DNA of 62,206 bases, filler included, from Collodictyon triciliatum (Eukaryota), in NCBI GenBank assembly GCA_043381765.1. It is 11 parts of 11 records of this genome, joined end to end, with 100 filler letters (N's around TTAATTAATTAA, not from the genome) between each part and the next. Parts side by side here need not be neighbours in the genome. Positions count along the whole stretch, not along the records: positions 58,953 to 62,206 come from JBHJMP010005223.1; 10 more parts are not named here. One strand, written 5' to 3'. The translations under genes and the position numbers were made by a program. Positions 60,024-62,206 of the stretch are shown here, piece by piece; position 1 is the first letter of the stretch, and every line of letters begins with the position of its first letter. The notes below the pieces were generated by a model, which did no database searches, was not told the DNA's origin, and saw nothing but the letters and a program-made list of their open reading frames with translations.

Positions 60024-62073
60024 GTAGTAGTAGTCAAAGTAATAGTAATAGTAATAGTAATAGTAATAGTCAAAGTAATAATCAGGAACTAAAGACTAAT
60101 ATATAGCTCTTACACGTCGGCCATCAGGGAGAATTTTCTCTATTTTTCCATCCGGACCTGCTGTCACTTGTGCCTGTTAATCGCATAAAATGCATAATAC
60201 ATGAAATATGATTAATAAAAGTAGGTATCTATGTAGATTTGTAGCGTGTGATAGAGAAATATATTGTGTTTGGATGATGAATTTGATCCGCTACATCCCT
60301 ACATATTTGGGAGCTGAAGAGTGGATTTGATGTTGATTGGTACTCTCAGTGACATTCGTCTTTAAATAAGTTTGTGGAGGGCGTGTTTCAATTTGAGGCT
60401 GAGGTTGATCTTCTGGCTGGTGTTGTATATCATGACGTAACATTCCTCCTTTTGATATCTGGTTTTCTGGGGTGTTAGACAATTCACCATCATCATTTGC
60501 ATCCCACTCCTCATATCCACCGTCTTCTTCGAGATTTATATTCCGATCATCATTTTCAGATGCTACAGCATCATACCCTGTCGGTATATTACGAACGAAT
60601 TCATTCATATCACCTTGTCCGATGAATTGAGTGTGCCTTCTGTCAGAATTCGACTCAGCAAAATCATCCTTATGAATAAGCTGCTTCGGCTGATTCGCTG
60701 GATTTGGCAGATTTGGTAGATTTCTGGCTGATGAATAAGATGGTGATGGAGCCAATTGCGATTGATGATGATTGCGCTGTGGGTGTGTCCCACGAACATT
60801 TGATTCTTGGGCAGGCTCAGTCTTTCTCTCAACTGCGTGTTTTTGTACCATGTAATTTGGTATCCTTGACACCTTCTTCTATTTTGTCAGGTATTATTGT
60901 TATTGTTATCGTTATTTTTATCGTTATTTTTATCGTTATCGTTATTGTTATCGTTATTGTTATCGTTATTGTTATCATAACTATAGGCTGTTAAAAATGA
61001 AGCGCGATAGTTGAATATTTCATTTTCTATAGGTTACACAATTTTCTCATTAACGATGTCTATTTCAAAACGGTTTACCTGCATAGGTTTCTTTTCATTA
61101 ACTGTAAGGTCTGTTTCATACTGTCGCCATCTATCCGCTGCTGCTTGTTCATATTTGAGTACCTCTGCTTCGAGGTCCTTGTTCCTATCTAATCATTCCC
61201 CAATAATAAATCAAATCGAAGTTAATCACTTGAGAGAGCTATCTAGCTCAGAGAAGGAGAGGAAGAGTATTAAAAGATATCTAGATTATACACCTGTGAG
61301 TCCTTTTACTTGTTTTCGAAGCCTATCAACTGTTAACCTCCACTTTGCATCTTTTACCTAATGGTTAACCGGAAGAGGGGGAAGGGGGAGGAAGGATCAA
61401 ATGAATTTCAATTTATCTTTTAACAGTAAGGCGTGAGTCTAACATGCGTAAATAGCTTACGGCTGCTTCTTCCTTAAGTTTATTGAGCTGATCTTTCAAC
61501 GATTCGATTTCTTCCTTCTCTCTAATATGTTTTGGATTATATTACTTTCAATAGAATAAGGGAAAAAATGTTTTGGATTTTTTTTCAAAAATTGTTCATG
61601 AGTGAGTATTATACAATTAAATGTCCCAAATGGTATTCCCTCCTCCCCCCCCCCCCTTCCCTTTGTTCGATTCAAATGTAGCCCATATGGTACATATTAC
61701 TTACTTCTTAGCTGCAGGGTTCACCAAGCTGGCTTTTCTCTTTTCAAATAATTCGCGTTCTTGCTTCAACTTTTTTATTTCAGTTTCTTTGTATTGCTCG
61801 AATTTCAATTCTGCTTCGTTTCTCTTTTTCTCGAATTCCATCTATTGATTGGGACGTATTGGTAATGGAGAAAACGACAAGTACAAAACGATGAAATTGC
61901 AGTTCAGGGTAGATTGCACAGTGATGTTAAAAATTATAAAATTGTTGGAGGAGTAAAGAAAAGAAACAAACAGCTTCATCACGCAATTGGCGAATGCCTA
62001 TTTCTCTTTCTGTTTGCATTTTTCTTAGCTTTTCATTTTCAGTTCGGTAACGCTGGATTTCTTCTTCGAGTTT
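59168..62073 (-). CDS. CENPJ: Centriole protein SAS-4/CENPJ (coiled coil + Tcp10/G-box); both ends truncated
   Basis: 'REKEEIESLKDQLNKLKEEA..KDAKWRLTVDRLRKQV', then G-box 'DGKIEKILPDGR|REILFTNGTRKVIGNDGCTTIYFKNGDMKQ|TFSDKRVVYYYSEADTIQTTFPDG|..RVEKHYPDNSKEIIFAD'. Confidence 0.92.
59560..59595 (+). mobile_element. Extremely truncated family A retroelement 3' end, intronic
   Basis: tcctgcacaaaagttgaaaggaagaataaa(A)n with 16-bp direct repeat agtatttcttattctt at 59544-59559 and 59596-59611. Confidence 0.85.
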
Positions 62074-62206
62074 CTGTTTGCATTTTTGGAAAAAAAATTA
62101 CCAGTCTTTCACAAAAAAAAAAAAAAAAAAAAACAATAATTCCTATTTTTTTTTTTTTTGAAATATTATTATTTTTTTTTTTTTCTTTTTTTTTTTTTTT
62201 TTATTT

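Noticed and set aside
1-62206. Treating the gene set as a functional cluster (signalling, centriole, trafficking)
   Set aside because: The genes lie on unrelated concatenated scaffolds; only within-scaffold adjacency is real.

Overview
AT-rich, intron-rich eukaryotic DNA, probably from a flagellated protist (it carries the centriole genes SAS-4/CENPJ and CCDC77). It is not one locus: eleven scaffold pieces are joined by ten artificial 100-nt linkers (N44-TTAATTAATTAA-N44), so adjacency across linkers means nothing. The nine internal pieces are about 5.43-5.45 kb each and mostly end in simple repeats. Recognisable, mostly truncated genes: (1) a large GPS-like/(SQ)n/TRP-type membrane protein; (2) a decayed head-to-head RidA + CTU1 pseudogene pair; (3) LMBRD1-like and a prenyltransferase-repeat gene; (4) the DHX8/PRP22 3' end and a Munc13-homology protein; (5) CCDC77 and a TPR protein; (6) a two-catalytic-domain transmembrane adenylyl cyclase; (7) a 14xWD40 + FG-GAP protein with an apparent signal peptide; (8) PCF11 and a glycine-rich RRM protein; (9) a BEACH protein; (10) SAS-4. 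There are several L1/Tx1-like retrotransposon fragments. The most unusual signals are the apparently secreted WD40/FG-GAP protein on one 2.8-kb exon, a family of ~25-nt poly(A)-tailed micro-insertions with 17-bp target-site duplications, and the cyclase with an apparently inverted C1/C2 division of labour. All family assignments come from motif recognition by eye; no searches were run.
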